Origin: Solirubrobacteraceae bacterium
GTDB lineage: Bacteria > Actinomycetota > Thermoleophilia > Solirubrobacterales > Solirubrobacteraceae
Assembly (NCBI GenBank): GCA_035602785.1
Contig: DATNLQ010000138.1
Location: forward strand, 1 to 52,213
DNA length: 52,213 bases
Direction: 5' to 3'
The first letter of the stretch is position 1. Each line of letters opens with the position of its first letter. Shown here piece by piece: positions 9,755-19,045 of the stretch. Position numbers and translations under genes: made by a program. The notes below the pieces were generated by a model that searched no databases, was not told where the DNA came from, and was given only the letters and a program-made list of their open reading frames with translations.

Positions 9755-10501
9755 CTAAGCGCTGCGCGCGTGCGGCGTGGCCAGCCAGTTGACCACCGTC
9801 GTGCTCTGGGCGAAGGCCGCACGCGGGAACGGACCGGCGCCGGTCACGCAGAAGATCTCGTAGTCGAGGTCGGTGAGCAGGTCCCACGGGGCCCCCGGCG
9901 CGACGCCATGCAGCTCGGCGGTGTCGCGAACGTGCTCGAAGATCACCACCGGCCGCGCTTGGGAGAGGATCGAGCGGGCGCCTTCGAGCACGGCCAGCTC
10001 GGCGCCCTCGACGTCGATCTTCAGCACGCTGGGTGAAAGCTCGCCCACCTCGGTATCGAGCGTCGAGACCTGCACCGTGATGTATTCCGGATCGCCCCGG
10101 CTATCGTCGATCTGTGGGTGGCGGCGCAGGCCGCTCCAGCCGTCCAGGCGCCGGAAATAGCAGAATTGCGCCTCCTCGGCGCGCGCGCCGACGGCTTTGC
10201 AACGACAGTCGACCTGCGGGAACGCGCGAGCCAGCTCGGCGGCGAGCAGCGGAATCGGCTCGAAGGCGACATGGACCGCCTGCGGCGCCACGCGCACGGC
10301 CTCGCGCAGAACCTGGCCGCGGTTGGCGCCAACGTCGACGTAGGTCCCTTCACCGTGCAGCGCGCAAGCGAGCACGGCGCTCATCCCCACCTCTTCCAGC
10401 TGGGTCTGGCGGGCCACGGCATTGACCGCGGCGAGCAGCTCGGGCCGATCCAGCCGGCGCGAGGCCGACGCTAACGCCCTGGTCACGAGCTGCATCGCCA
10501 T
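9755..10501 (-). CDS. FkbM-family methyltransferase
   Basis: YVDVGANRG, AFEP and LKIDVEGAEL.VL.GA. Confidence 0.92.
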   Translation of the reverse strand: MAMQLVTRALASASRRLDRPELLAAVNAVARQTQLEEVGMSAVLACALHGEGTYVDVGANRGQVLREAVRVAPQAVHVAFEPIPLLAAELARAFPQVDCRCKAVGARAEEAQFCYFRRLDGWSGLRRHPQIDDSRGDPEYITVQVSTLDTEVGELSPSVLKIDVEGAELAVLEGARSILSQARPVVIFEHVRDTAELHGVAPGAPWDLLTDLDYEIFCVTGAGPFPRAAFAQSTTVVNWLATPHARSA

Positions 10502-10514
10502 CGAGCTTGGCAGG

Positions 10515-11420
10515 CTATCGAACCAGCCGCCGGGCCTCGCGCGCGCCGGCGAGGATGCGGGCGGTGACGGTGACCATGCTGCGCGGGTCGCGGGTGCGCA
10601 GCGCAGCCATCAGCGCGTGACGAACGGCCAGACCTAGGCGCCGGCGCACCTCGGGGTGAACCGCTGCCAATCGAGCCGACAGCAGGATGACCATCAGAGC
10701 CATCGTCTGCGCTCGCGCCAGCTGCACCTGCTTGGCCGGGTCGACCCAGGTGGTCGAGAGCATCGTCGGCGAGAACCTATACCAGCCGAGGCGCTCGTCC
10801 ACGTACACGGCGCTGTCGCCCGCTCTGCATGCGCCCACCGCAACGCAGTAGTCCCACGTGTCCGCGCCCGCCGCGATCAGCTCGAGGTCGAGCGCGGCTT
10901 GGCGCACGAGCGTAAAGGAAGACGCCGCAACCGCCTTGTCCAGGAGCGCGGTCCTGTACAGCCGCTCGCCCGTGAGCAGTCCGCCGGGCAGACCGAGGCG
11001 CCCGAAGCGCGCGCTCTGCTCGCGCGAGCGTTGCTCGTCGTGGCTGCCGTCGGCCAGCATCACACCGTGATCGCAGAATGCAAAGCAGGCCTCGGGGTGC
11101 TCGTCGAGCGCGCCGACCAGGCGCTCGAGGAACAACGGCTCCCACACGTCATCGTGGTTGAGCGTGCTGAGCAGGTCGCCGTGGGACTCGCGGACGCCCC
11201 GCACCACGCTTGCACCTGGCCCGAGATTTTCAGGATTGCGCACGAAGCGCACCGACAGCCCGTCGGGCACCTCGGTCGCATGCGCAAGCGGCTGCTCTGA
11301 GCAGTCGTCGATGACAATCACCTCGGCGGGCGCGACGGTCTGTGCGCGTACTCCCATGAGCGCTTCGGAGAGCATCCGCGGCTGGTTGTAGGCGGGGATC
11401 ACCACGGAGATGCTTGACAC
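10515..11420 (-). CDS. Glycosyltransferase family 2
   Basis: ISVVIPAYN, IDDCS, NLG and LNHDD. Confidence 0.88.
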   Translation of the reverse strand: MSSISVVIPAYNQPRMLSEALMGVRAQTVAPAEVIVIDDCSEQPLAHATEVPDGLSVRFVRNPENLGPGASVVRGVRESHGDLLSTLNHDDVWEPLFLERLVGALDEHPEACFAFCDHGVMLADGSHDEQRSREQSARFGRLGLPGGLLTGERLYRTALLDKAVAASSFTLVRQAALDLELIAAGADTWDYCVAVGACRAGDSAVYVDERLGWYRFSPTMLSTTWVDPAKQVQLARAQTMALMVILLSARLAAVHPEVRRRLGLAVRHALMAALRTRDPRSMVTVTARILAGAREARRLVR

Positions 11421-11491
11421 GGCGCAGCGAGTCTAGAGCGATCAACCGACCTGCAGGTTGCCGCGCAAGCAGGGCGATATCGTGGAGGGCC

Positions 11492-12745
11492 GTGAGCGCG
11501 GTGCACAGCATCCCGGGGCCGGCGTCCGGCCCCGACGCGCATCCGCCGCGCTCGGTGCTGTTCGCAACTGCGCTGTGGGGCAGGGACGGCGGCGTCGCAG
11601 CGCACGTGAAAGAGAGCGCAGCTGCGCTCGCTCGCAGCGGCGTCGAGGTGCACGTGCTCGCAGCGAGGATCGCCGACGACGAGCGGGCCGACGGAGTGAC
11701 GCTGCACCACCGTCCCATGCTCATGGACACGCGTGTGCGCGTCGAGGAGCGGCTGGGCGACATCTCGATGCTCGACGCGCAGATCGCTCACATCCATCAG
11801 GTCGACGACCGTGCGATCGTCACAGGCCTGCGCGCGAGGTCGCCCGTGGTGATCAGCGCGCATGCGTTTCCCGGGTGCACGTCCGGCGTCTACTACTTCT
11901 CCCCCGGCCAGGAATGCACGCGGGCGCACGGGCCGGGATGCATACCCAATCTGTTGATCAGGGGCTGTGCGCACACGCGCTACCCGAGAACCCTGCCGGC
12001 GAAGTACGTGGGGGTGACCCGCGGGCTGGCGATGTACAGGGAGGCGGACCTGGTGGTCTCCTATTCCAGCGCCGTCGACAGGCACCTGGCCGCCAATCAC
12101 CTCGACCATCGAGCCGTGGTTCCCTACTTCCCGACGATGACCCCATGTGAGGGGTCCGGACATGGCACGCGACGGCGCGTGGTCTTTGCCGGACGTCTGG
12201 TGGCGCCCAAGGGCGTCGACGTCCTGATTCGCGCGGTCGCCCGGGTGGACGCCGATCTGGCGATCTGCGGGACCGGGCGGCGCGAGCCTAAGCTGCGCGC
12301 GCTGGCGGCGCGCATGGGAATCGCCGAGCGGGTGCAGTTCAAGGGCTGGATGGGACCTGAGCAGCTTGCGCGCGAGCTCGCCGACGCGTCGGTGCTCGCG
12401 GTCCCGTCACTGTGGCCCGAGCCCTTCGGGATCGTCGGCATCGAGGCGTTCTCCGCCGGGCGCCCGGCGGTCGCCAGTGCCACAGGCGGGATCCCTGATT
12501 GGCTCAAGGACGGCGTCTGCGGCATCACGGTCGCGCCCGGAGACGTCGACGCGCTCGCCGTGGCGCTCGGCCGGCTGCTGGACGATCCCCAGCTGCAGCA
12601 CACGATGGGGCTGGCGGGCAGGGACCTGGTGGCCGAGCGCTTCTCGGCCCAACGCCACGTGGGCACCCTCCTTGCGGCCTATCGACACGCGCGCGGACGA
12701 TGGCAGGAACGGTCCGGGCGCGCCCAGGCCCCGCAGGCGGCCTGA
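11492..12745 (+). CDS. Glycosyltransferase family 4
   Basis: FAGRLVAPKG and WPEPFGIVGIEA, with an HxxxxC...C...C insert. GTG start follows GGAGG. Confidence 0.9.
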   Translation: MSAVHSIPGPASGPDAHPPRSVLFATALWGRDGGVAAHVKESAAALARSGVEVHVLAARIADDERADGVTLHHRPMLMDTRVRVEERLGDISMLDAQIAHIHQVDDRAIVTGLRARSPVVISAHAFPGCTSGVYYFSPGQECTRAHGPGCIPNLLIRGCAHTRYPRTLPAKYVGVTRGLAMYREADLVVSYSSAVDRHLAANHLDHRAVVPYFPTMTPCEGSGHGTRRRVVFAGRLVAPKGVDVLIRAVARVDADLAICGTGRREPKLRALAARMGIAERVQFKGWMGPEQLARELADASVLAVPSLWPEPFGIVGIEAFSAGRPAVASATGGIPDWLKDGVCGITVAPGDVDALAVALGRLLDDPQLQHTMGLAGRDLVAERFSAQRHVGTLLAAYRHARGRWQERSGRAQAPQAA

Positions 12746-12758
12746 GCGCCTGCGTCGC

Positions 12759-13979
12759 TCACTCGCGTCTGGCGCTGACGAGCTCGCCCAGCAGCTCCAT
12801 CACCGCGTCGACGCTTCGCGCCAGGCCCATCTCCTCCGCAGCAAACGCGCGCGCCCGCGCGCCAAGCGCCGCGCGGCCCTGCTCGTCGCCAAGCAGGTCG
12901 CCAACCGCCTGCGCGAGTGCGGTGGGCGTGGGCGCCACGACGCACGCCGCCTGCGCGTCGAGCAGTCGCTGCCAGGTGTTGGGACCGTGCAGCGCCACGA
13001 CCGCGCTGCCCGACGCGAGCGCCCCTGCCAGGCTTCCCTTGCGCGAGGACGGCCCCGCGGCGTCTGCAAACAGCAGCACGTCGCAGGCCGCAAGCGCGTC
13101 AGACAGCTCCTGGGCGGGGAGCCGCTCGGAGAAGGAGATCAAGGACTCCAGGCCGCGGTCGCGGGCCGCTACAAGCCAGGCGCGGCCCGCGTCAGACGAG
13201 CGCCCGGGCGCGCCCAGCAGGCGCAGCTGCGCGCGCACGCCGCGCTCGCGCAGCAGACCGAGGGCTTCGAGCACGAGCGACAGCGACGCGCCCTCGTAGG
13301 AGTAGCCGAACAGGCCGATCGTCGCGCCGGAATGCTCGCCCGCCGGCTGGACCGAGAGGGCAGGCTGTGCCGACGGGGCAGGCTGTGCGGAGGCGGCAGG
13401 CTGTGCGGAGGGCGCGGGCAGATTGGAGAACACCGGCGCCACGAGCACGCGCCTGGTGGGCAGCCACACCCGCGAGGCCAGCCATTGCTGGCGTGCGTCC
13501 GCGGTCACGATCGCGCCGCGGCAGGCGCGCATCACGTCGATCAGCAGCGCTCGCTGGGTCAGCGCCCACAGATCCCCTCGCCATCCCGAGTAGCGCCAGG
13601 GGTAGGCCAGCTCGTGCAGCATCGCCACCAGTGGGATCCGCGCGGGGTGCAGCGCGCGCAGCGTCTGGTGCACGAAGACGGGCAGGCCGCGGTGCGAGTA
13701 GGAAAACACCGAGTAGTGCATCAGCACAGCGTCGGGCGGGTCCTCGTCGAGCTCGCGCGAGAGGCGACGCGTCCAGGCGGAGAGCTCCGCGCGAGCGGCC
13801 CCCAGCGAAGACTGCTCGCGGGTCAGCCAGTGCAGCGATGGCAAGACGTTCTCCTGGGACATCGCGTGCATGAGCAGCGTGGCGTGGTCGCGCACGCCAC
13901 ACGTGGGCCGCACCGAAGCCCCCACGACGGCCACGCGCAGCGGTGTCCCGACACAGGTCTGCACCGCGCCGCCAGCCAC
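12759..13979 (-). CDS. Glycosyltransferase, GT-B/GT4-like with atypical C-terminal motif
   Basis: TCGVRDH, HEL, FGY and SSRKGSLAGALASG in place of EX7E. Start uncertain (GTG 13994, 13979 or 13964). Confidence 0.8.
   Translation of the reverse strand: MAGGAVQTCVGTPLRVAVVGASVRPTCGVRDHATLLMHAMSQENVLPSLHWLTREQSSLGAARAELSAWTRRLSRELDEDPPDAVLMHYSVFSYSHRGLPVFVHQTLRALHPARIPLVAMLHELAYPWRYSGWRGDLWALTQRALLIDVMRACRGAIVTADARQQWLASRVWLPTRRVLVAPVFSNLPAPSAQPAASAQPAPSAQPALSVQPAGEHSGATIGLFGYSYEGASLSLVLEALGLLRERGVRAQLRLLGAPGRSSDAGRAWLVAARDRGLESLISFSERLPAQELSDALAACDVLLFADAAGPSSRKGSLAGALASGSAVVALHGPNTWQRLLDAQAACVVAPTPTALAQAVGDLLGDEQGRAALGARARAFAAEEMGLARSVDAVMELLGELVSARRE
13342..13413. repeat. Intragenic 18-bp tandem repeat, 4 imperfect units (xSAQPA)
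   Basis: gcaggctgtgc(c/g)ga units at 13360, 13378 and 13396, plus a degenerate unit at 13342. Confidence 0.8.
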
Positions 13980-13981
13980 GC

Positions 13982-15136
13982 TCAGCCGCTGCACAGCTCG
14001 CCGCGATAGGCCGCCTCGACGGCCTGTGTGAGCGCGCCCAGATCGCCGGTCGCCACAATCGCGCCGTTGCGGCCCGGCTCGATCAGGTCCTTCATGCCGG
14101 TGTCCTCGGTGACGATCACCGGAACGCCGCACGCCAGGGCCTCCGCGGGGGCGTAGCCGAAGCCGTCGTTGTATGTGGGGTGCACGCACAGACGCGCGCC
14201 GCGCAGGCGCGGCAGGGGGTCTCCGTGACCGGCCCAAATGCGCGGATCCTGCGCACATGCCCGTTGCACGAAGCGGCGCATACCGCGCGATTTCCAGCCG
14301 CCCACCAGGACGAGCCGCAGGTCCGCGTAGGGCAGGGCCCGCACGGCATCGATCAGCAGGGGAACGCCCTTGACCACCGACAGGCTCCCGCAGAAGACGA
14401 TGTCGAAAGTCGATGAAGCCGCGTCGCTGGGACCCGGCTCGAAGCGAGGGTCCGGGGTAAGCACCAGACGCGTCAGCAGCTCCTCGCCGACGCCCTCGGC
14501 GATGAACGAATCGCGTGTGTAATCCGAGGAGACGTAGATGCGGTCGACCTCGGAGTACTCGCTGAGGTTGCGCTCGACCAGGCGCGTCGCCCAGGATTCC
14601 TCCAGCGGATACTGGCGATGGGCGAGCGCGTGCTGGCGCGCCAGCAGCCGAAAATGCGAGGTCGCGGACACGAGGGCGGTGGACATGCCCCCTGCGCGCC
14701 GTGCCGCACGGATCTGCGCCAGCGCGGTGCCGTTGAAGGCGATCAGGTGCTCGGCCGCCGGCAACGCCCCCGCCGCGTAGACGTCGAACAGGCGGCTCTT
14801 GCGCAGCGCGCGCTGCGCCGCCGCCAGGTGCAGTGGCGGCAGCGCCAGCGGCGCGTTGACCGCACGCCGCGCCAGCCGACGCCACCTGCGCACGGGCGGT
14901 CTGGAGGGATCTGGGCCGCAGATGCAAACCGGTTGGGCCCCGCGGCGCGCCAGTGCGTCGGCGATCTCCTGCGCGTGGCGCCCGAGACCACCCTCGCCAA
15001 GCTGGGCCGAACAGGTCAGCACGACGCACCCAGCAGGCAGAACCTCCTCCTGGCGTCGCTGCGCCTGCGTGCGCCAGCCTGTGCTTCCTATCGCCTGCTC
15101 GGGCTCGGCGCGCGACTGCTCAGCCAACCCCGTCAT
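13982..15136 (-). CDS. Glycosyltransferase family 4
   Basis: GGLGRH, FCGSLSVVKG and DGFGYAPAEALACG. The ATG lies in the 17-bp overlap with ST3. Confidence 0.9.
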   Translation of the reverse strand: MTGLAEQSRAEPEQAIGSTGWRTQAQRRQEEVLPAGCVVLTCSAQLGEGGLGRHAQEIADALARRGAQPVCICGPDPSRPPVRRWRRLARRAVNAPLALPPLHLAAAQRALRKSRLFDVYAAGALPAAEHLIAFNGTALAQIRAARRAGGMSTALVSATSHFRLLARQHALAHRQYPLEESWATRLVERNLSEYSEVDRIYVSSDYTRDSFIAEGVGEELLTRLVLTPDPRFEPGPSDAASSTFDIVFCGSLSVVKGVPLLIDAVRALPYADLRLVLVGGWKSRGMRRFVQRACAQDPRIWAGHGDPLPRLRGARLCVHPTYNDGFGYAPAEALACGVPVIVTEDTGMKDLIEPGRNGAIVATGDLGALTQAVEAAYRGELCSG

Positions 15137-16082
15137 AGCCCCACAGGCCAACCAGGTCGCGATCCAGATACTCGCTCAGCGCCACCACCTCCTTCTTGTA
15201 GCGGGCGCGCAACTCCATCATCGCGCTCTCCTGCGGCGCCTGCGGCTCGCCGTAGACGATCTGCCTGCGGATGGTGCGGATCAGGCGGCGGCGCGTGCGC
15301 TGCGGGATGAGCGCCTTGACCGTCGTGTTGAGCACCTTCGCGGGGCCCGAGCGGCTGTACAGCTTGCGCATGAGATCGTCCAGGCGGACCGAGCGCACCC
15401 TCACCGTGGGATTGGCGTCCATGATGTGAATCGGCGCCCCGTCGTCCACGTCCAGGAAGCGCAGGACCCGGCGCACGGTCGCCTCATTGTCATTGCGAAA
15501 ATCGTCATAGATGAGCACCAGCACCTGCTCGGGAGCGAACTGCTGGTGATAACGGCGCAGCTGCTCGACGTAGTGAACATGATCTGAATAACGCAGCACC
15601 TGGCGCCCGCCGCGATCTATCTGCTCGTTGGCGACCGCCCGGCGCAGGTCTGTCTCGGTCTCCACATGTTCCTGCAACAGCTGCAGCTGCAGCGAGCGCA
15701 CGAAGCTGGCGGGCTCGCGCAGGATCGCAATTATCCGCGCTGCCGGCTGCACACGCGCGATCGCCTGCGCGGCGGTGTCTGACTTCAGGTATGACGGCGA
15801 CGCCTCCCCGACGCGCTGCTCGGGTGTCGCCGCCGCGAACAGTGACAGATACTCCTCATATGTCTGCGGCAGGTGATTCGACGGCTGCGGTTCGAACTGA
15901 AAGCGCAAATCGTCGGCGAAGTAACGCGGCTCCTTGACATCCGGCATGAATATCTGCGGATGGCGGCGCAGCATCTCATACAGGGCCGTGGTTCCACTCT
16001 TGTGGTGACCGACGATGAAGAAGTCGGGAACCCGCTGTTGTGGCGCGCGCGCCGCAGCCGTGCGCTCAGCTGAGACGGTCAT
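15120..16082 (-). CDS. PAPS-dependent sulfotransferase (ST3; shorter central loop)
   Basis: PDFFIVGHHKSGTT, KEPRYF, GEASPSY and ILREP. Confidence 0.93.
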   Translation of the reverse strand: MTVSAERTAAARAPQQRVPDFFIVGHHKSGTTALYEMLRRHPQIFMPDVKEPRYFADDLRFQFEPQPSNHLPQTYEEYLSLFAAATPEQRVGEASPSYLKSDTAAQAIARVQPAARIIAILREPASFVRSLQLQLLQEHVETETDLRRAVANEQIDRGGRQVLRYSDHVHYVEQLRRYHQQFAPEQVLVLIYDDFRNDNEATVRRVLRFLDVDDGAPIHIMDANPTVRVRSVRLDDLMRKLYSRSGPAKVLNTTVKALIPQRTRRRLIRTIRRQIVYGEPQAPQESAMMELRARYKKEVVALSEYLDRDLVGLWGYDGVG

Positions 16083-16183
16083 GGCTGCGAGTATATCTGC
16101 GACAACCTGACCGACTCCGGGGCCCGAGCGCGTCGACCTGTCGTCAGGAATACGCCCCGACTATACTGCCAGACTCCTCGGCG

Positions 16184-17059
16184 ATGCCCCCGGCCAGCGC
16201 AAACAGCCTTCAACGCGCCCTGCGCAGGCGCATCCAGGCCCGCCGAGTGGCGCGGCGCGACAGCCATTTTCACACTGCCTTGCGGGTCGATCCGCAGGCG
16301 CCCGCGCTGGTGCTCTCACCGCACTGGGACGATGCGGTGCTCGACTGCTGGAGCCTGCTGACAGGCGCGCAGGAGTGCACTGTCGTAAACGTCTTTGCGG
16401 GCTCGCCGCCGCCGGGTTTCCTGACGCTGTGGGACGCGATCACCGGAGCCAGCGACTCGGCCGAGCAGACGCGTGCGCGGCTGGCCGAGGACGCGGTCGC
16501 GCTCGCACTCGCACAGCGCACGCCGGTGAACCTGCCCTTTCTCGACAACCAGTACCGCACGCAGCCCGGCCCGCCGCTGGAGCAGCTCGACCGCGCGCTG
16601 TGCGCGCAGATGCCCAGCGCATCGCACGTGTACGTGCCCGCGGGCGTGGGCGGCCACCCCGACCATAAGCTGGTTCGCCGCTACGGAAGGATGCTTGCGC
16701 GCGCGGGCATGCCCGTGACCCTGTACGTCGATCTGCCCTACTGCGTTACCCATGGCTGGCCGCACTGGGTGGACGCCAGCGAGCCCGACCCAACTCTCAA
16801 CGTCGACGCGTTCTGGCTGTCGTTCCTGGACGGCGTGCCGGAGATGCCGCCGCTGCGCTCCGCGCACGTCGAGCGACTGGACGACGCCGCCGCGACGGCC
16901 AAGCTCGCGGCGATGCGCAGCTACCGCACCCAGTTTCCGGCGCTCAACGGCGGCGCCAAGCAGATGCTGGCCGACCCCGCGGTGCATCGCTTCGAGGTTC
17001 GCTGGGATCTCGTCGGCGACGGCGCCGGGCGCGCGCAGGCTCAGCCGAGTCCGTCATAG
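16184..17059 (+). CDS. PIG-L/LmbE-family N-deacetylase-like protein
   Basis: LSPHWDDAVL (PHxDD), R.AED, GGHPDH (HxDH), Y.DLPY and K..A...Y.TQ. Confidence 0.85.
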   Translation: MPPASANSLQRALRRRIQARRVARRDSHFHTALRVDPQAPALVLSPHWDDAVLDCWSLLTGAQECTVVNVFAGSPPPGFLTLWDAITGASDSAEQTRARLAEDAVALALAQRTPVNLPFLDNQYRTQPGPPLEQLDRALCAQMPSASHVYVPAGVGGHPDHKLVRRYGRMLARAGMPVTLYVDLPYCVTHGWPHWVDASEPDPTLNVDAFWLSFLDGVPEMPPLRSAHVERLDDAAATAKLAAMRSYRTQFPALNGGAKQMLADPAVHRFEVRWDLVGDGAGRAQAQPSPS

Positions 17060-18051
17060 CCCCACTCGGCGACCAGGTCGCGGTTCAGGTGCTCGCTCAG
17101 GGCCACCACCTCGCCCTTGAAGCGCCGCCGCAGCTCCAGCGCGTAGCCCTCGTCGAGCCGCTGCACCTCGGCGTAGACCATGCGGCGGCGCATGGCCGGC
17201 AGCACCTGCGTGCGCACACGCTCGCTCATCAGCGCCTTCAGCCCCGTCCTCGCCGCTTTCGCGACCGGCCCGGTGCCGGTATACAGCTGGCGCCCCACCG
17301 CGTCCAGGCGCCTCGCGCGCAGCCGTTTCCTGGTCGTGTTGGCCTCCATCACCTGCACCGGCGCCTGGTCGTCGACCTCCAGGAAGCGCAGCACCTGCCT
17401 GACCGCGGCCTCGTTGTCGCGCCTGTAGTCGTCATAGATGAGCACCAGGATCTGCTCGCGCCCCAACACCGCTTCATAGCGGCGCAGCTGCTCGACATAG
17501 CGCACGTGGTCTGAATACAGCAGCGCCTGGGGCCAGTAGGAGGGGCCGGGGACCTGCCTGCCTTCGCGGCGCGCCTGCTCGAGCAAGATCGCCTTGGCGA
17601 AGTCCTGCTCGGCCTCCACGTGATGCAACACCCAGTGGTTGTGCAGCGAATAAAGAAAGCTCGCGGGCTCGCGCAGGATCGCGATGATGCGCGCGCGCGG
17701 CGCTACCGCGGCGATGTTGGCGGCCGCATCGCGCGACCACAGGTACATCGGCGAGGCCTCGCCGGCGAGCTGGTCGGGCTGGGCCTGCGCGAACAGCGCC
17801 AGGTACTCTTCATAGCTCTGCGGCAGCCGATTGCCCCGCTGCGCCGGGTTGGAGTAGCGCAGGTCGCTCGCAAACCAGCGGGGCTCCTTCAATGACGGCA
17901 TGTAGATCTGCGGATGGCGCCTGAGCATTGCGTACATCGCCGTAGTGCCGCACTTGGTGTGTCCCGCGACGAAGAAATCGGGGACCCGGCGGCTGCCGGT
18001 CTGCGGGGCGCCGGCCTGCGCCGCCTCGGCCTGCTCAGCGGATGTCGTCAT
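17041..18051 (-). CDS. PAPS-dependent sulfotransferase (ST4)
   Basis: PDFFVAGHTKCGTT, KEPRWF, GEASPMY and ILREP. Confidence 0.93.
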   Translation of the reverse strand: MTTSAEQAEAAQAGAPQTGSRRVPDFFVAGHTKCGTTAMYAMLRRHPQIYMPSLKEPRWFASDLRYSNPAQRGNRLPQSYEEYLALFAQAQPDQLAGEASPMYLWSRDAAANIAAVAPRARIIAILREPASFLYSLHNHWVLHHVEAEQDFAKAILLEQARREGRQVPGPSYWPQALLYSDHVRYVEQLRRYEAVLGREQILVLIYDDYRRDNEAAVRQVLRFLEVDDQAPVQVMEANTTRKRLRARRLDAVGRQLYTGTGPVAKAARTGLKALMSERVRTQVLPAMRRRMVYAEVQRLDEGYALELRRRFKGEVVALSEHLNRDLVAEWGYDGLG

Positions 18052-19045
18052 AGCCCCACTCCGCGACCAGGTCGCGATCGAGGTACTCGCTGAGCGCGAT
18101 TACCTCATCCTTGAAGCGTTGACGCAGCTCGAGCATCAAGCCCTCGTCGGGCAGCGGCGGAGCGCTGTAGACGACGCGCTTTCGCAGCGGGTGCAACACC
18201 TGCTGTCGCAGGCGGCTGCTCGTCAGCGCGCGCAGCGCGCCTCTGACCGCCCGCGCACCCGGACCGGTGCCGGCCCGCACGGCGCGCACGGCGCTGCGGA
18301 CGTGCTCGGAGCGCACGGCCACGGTCGGGTTGGCGCGCTTGGCCTGGAGCGAGACCGTGTCGTCGACCCCCAAGAAGCGCAGCACGCGCCTGACCGTGGC
18401 CTCGTTGTCGCGCCTGAAGTCGTCATAGATCAGCACCAGCACCTGCTCGGGGGCGAACGAGGAGTGATAGCGACGCAGCTGCTCGACGTAGCGGACACGC
18501 TCGCTGTACATCAGCGCCTCCGGCCAGTGGGCGTCGCGGGGAATCTGCTCGCCCCGGCGCCGCGGCTCCTCCAGGGCGATGGCCTTGCGCAAATCCTTCT
18601 CCGTCTCCGAGCGGTTCTGCAGCATCTGTAGATGTAGTGAATGGAGAAAGCTCGAGGGCTCGCGCACGATTGCGATGATGCGGGCGTCCGGTCGCAGCTT
18701 CGCGATCCGCCCGGGCGCGACGCGCGACCACAGATAGAAGGTCGACGCCTCGCCGACCAGCTCCTGCGGGCCCGCTGGCGCGAACAGCGATAGGTACTGC
18801 TCAAACGTTTCCCGGTACCTGCCAGTCTGCTCGAAGGTCTTTGCGCCGGCGCCCTCGGGAGTGTGTGGATTGCGCGCGAAGAACTGCGGCTCCTTGACGG
18901 CCGGCATGAAGATCTCAGGGTGGGCTCGCAGGGTTTCATACAGCGCGGTGGTACCACACTTGGCGTGTCCCACGATGAAGAAGTCCGGCACGCGAACGCG
19001 CTGGCTACGGCCGGCGACCAGCGCCTGCTCACTCGATGCTGTCAT
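18035..19045 (-). CDS. PAPS-dependent sulfotransferase (ST5)
   Basis: PDFFIVGHAKCGTT, KEPQFF, GEASTFY and IVREP. Confidence 0.93.
   Translation of the reverse strand: MTASSEQALVAGRSQRVRVPDFFIVGHAKCGTTALYETLRAHPEIFMPAVKEPQFFARNPHTPEGAGAKTFEQTGRYRETFEQYLSLFAPAGPQELVGEASTFYLWSRVAPGRIAKLRPDARIIAIVREPSSFLHSLHLQMLQNRSETEKDLRKAIALEEPRRRGEQIPRDAHWPEALMYSERVRYVEQLRRYHSSFAPEQVLVLIYDDFRRDNEATVRRVLRFLGVDDTVSLQAKRANPTVAVRSEHVRSAVRAVRAGTGPGARAVRGALRALTSSRLRQQVLHPLRKRVVYSAPPLPDEGLMLELRQRFKDEVIALSEYLDRDLVAEWGYDDIR

Noticed and set aside
8514..9887. 457-aa and shorter Phe/Leu-rich minus-strand ORFs resembling membrane proteins
   Set aside because: Reverse complement of the GAA/AAG-rich lipoprotein genes, which have clear lipoboxes.
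12759..15029. Apparent 756-aa extended glycosyltransferase (likewise the 555-, 490-, 762- and 988-aa ORF-track extensions)
   Set aside because: The N-terminal parts are off-frame read-through over the upstream gene; plausible starts sit at the gene junctions.
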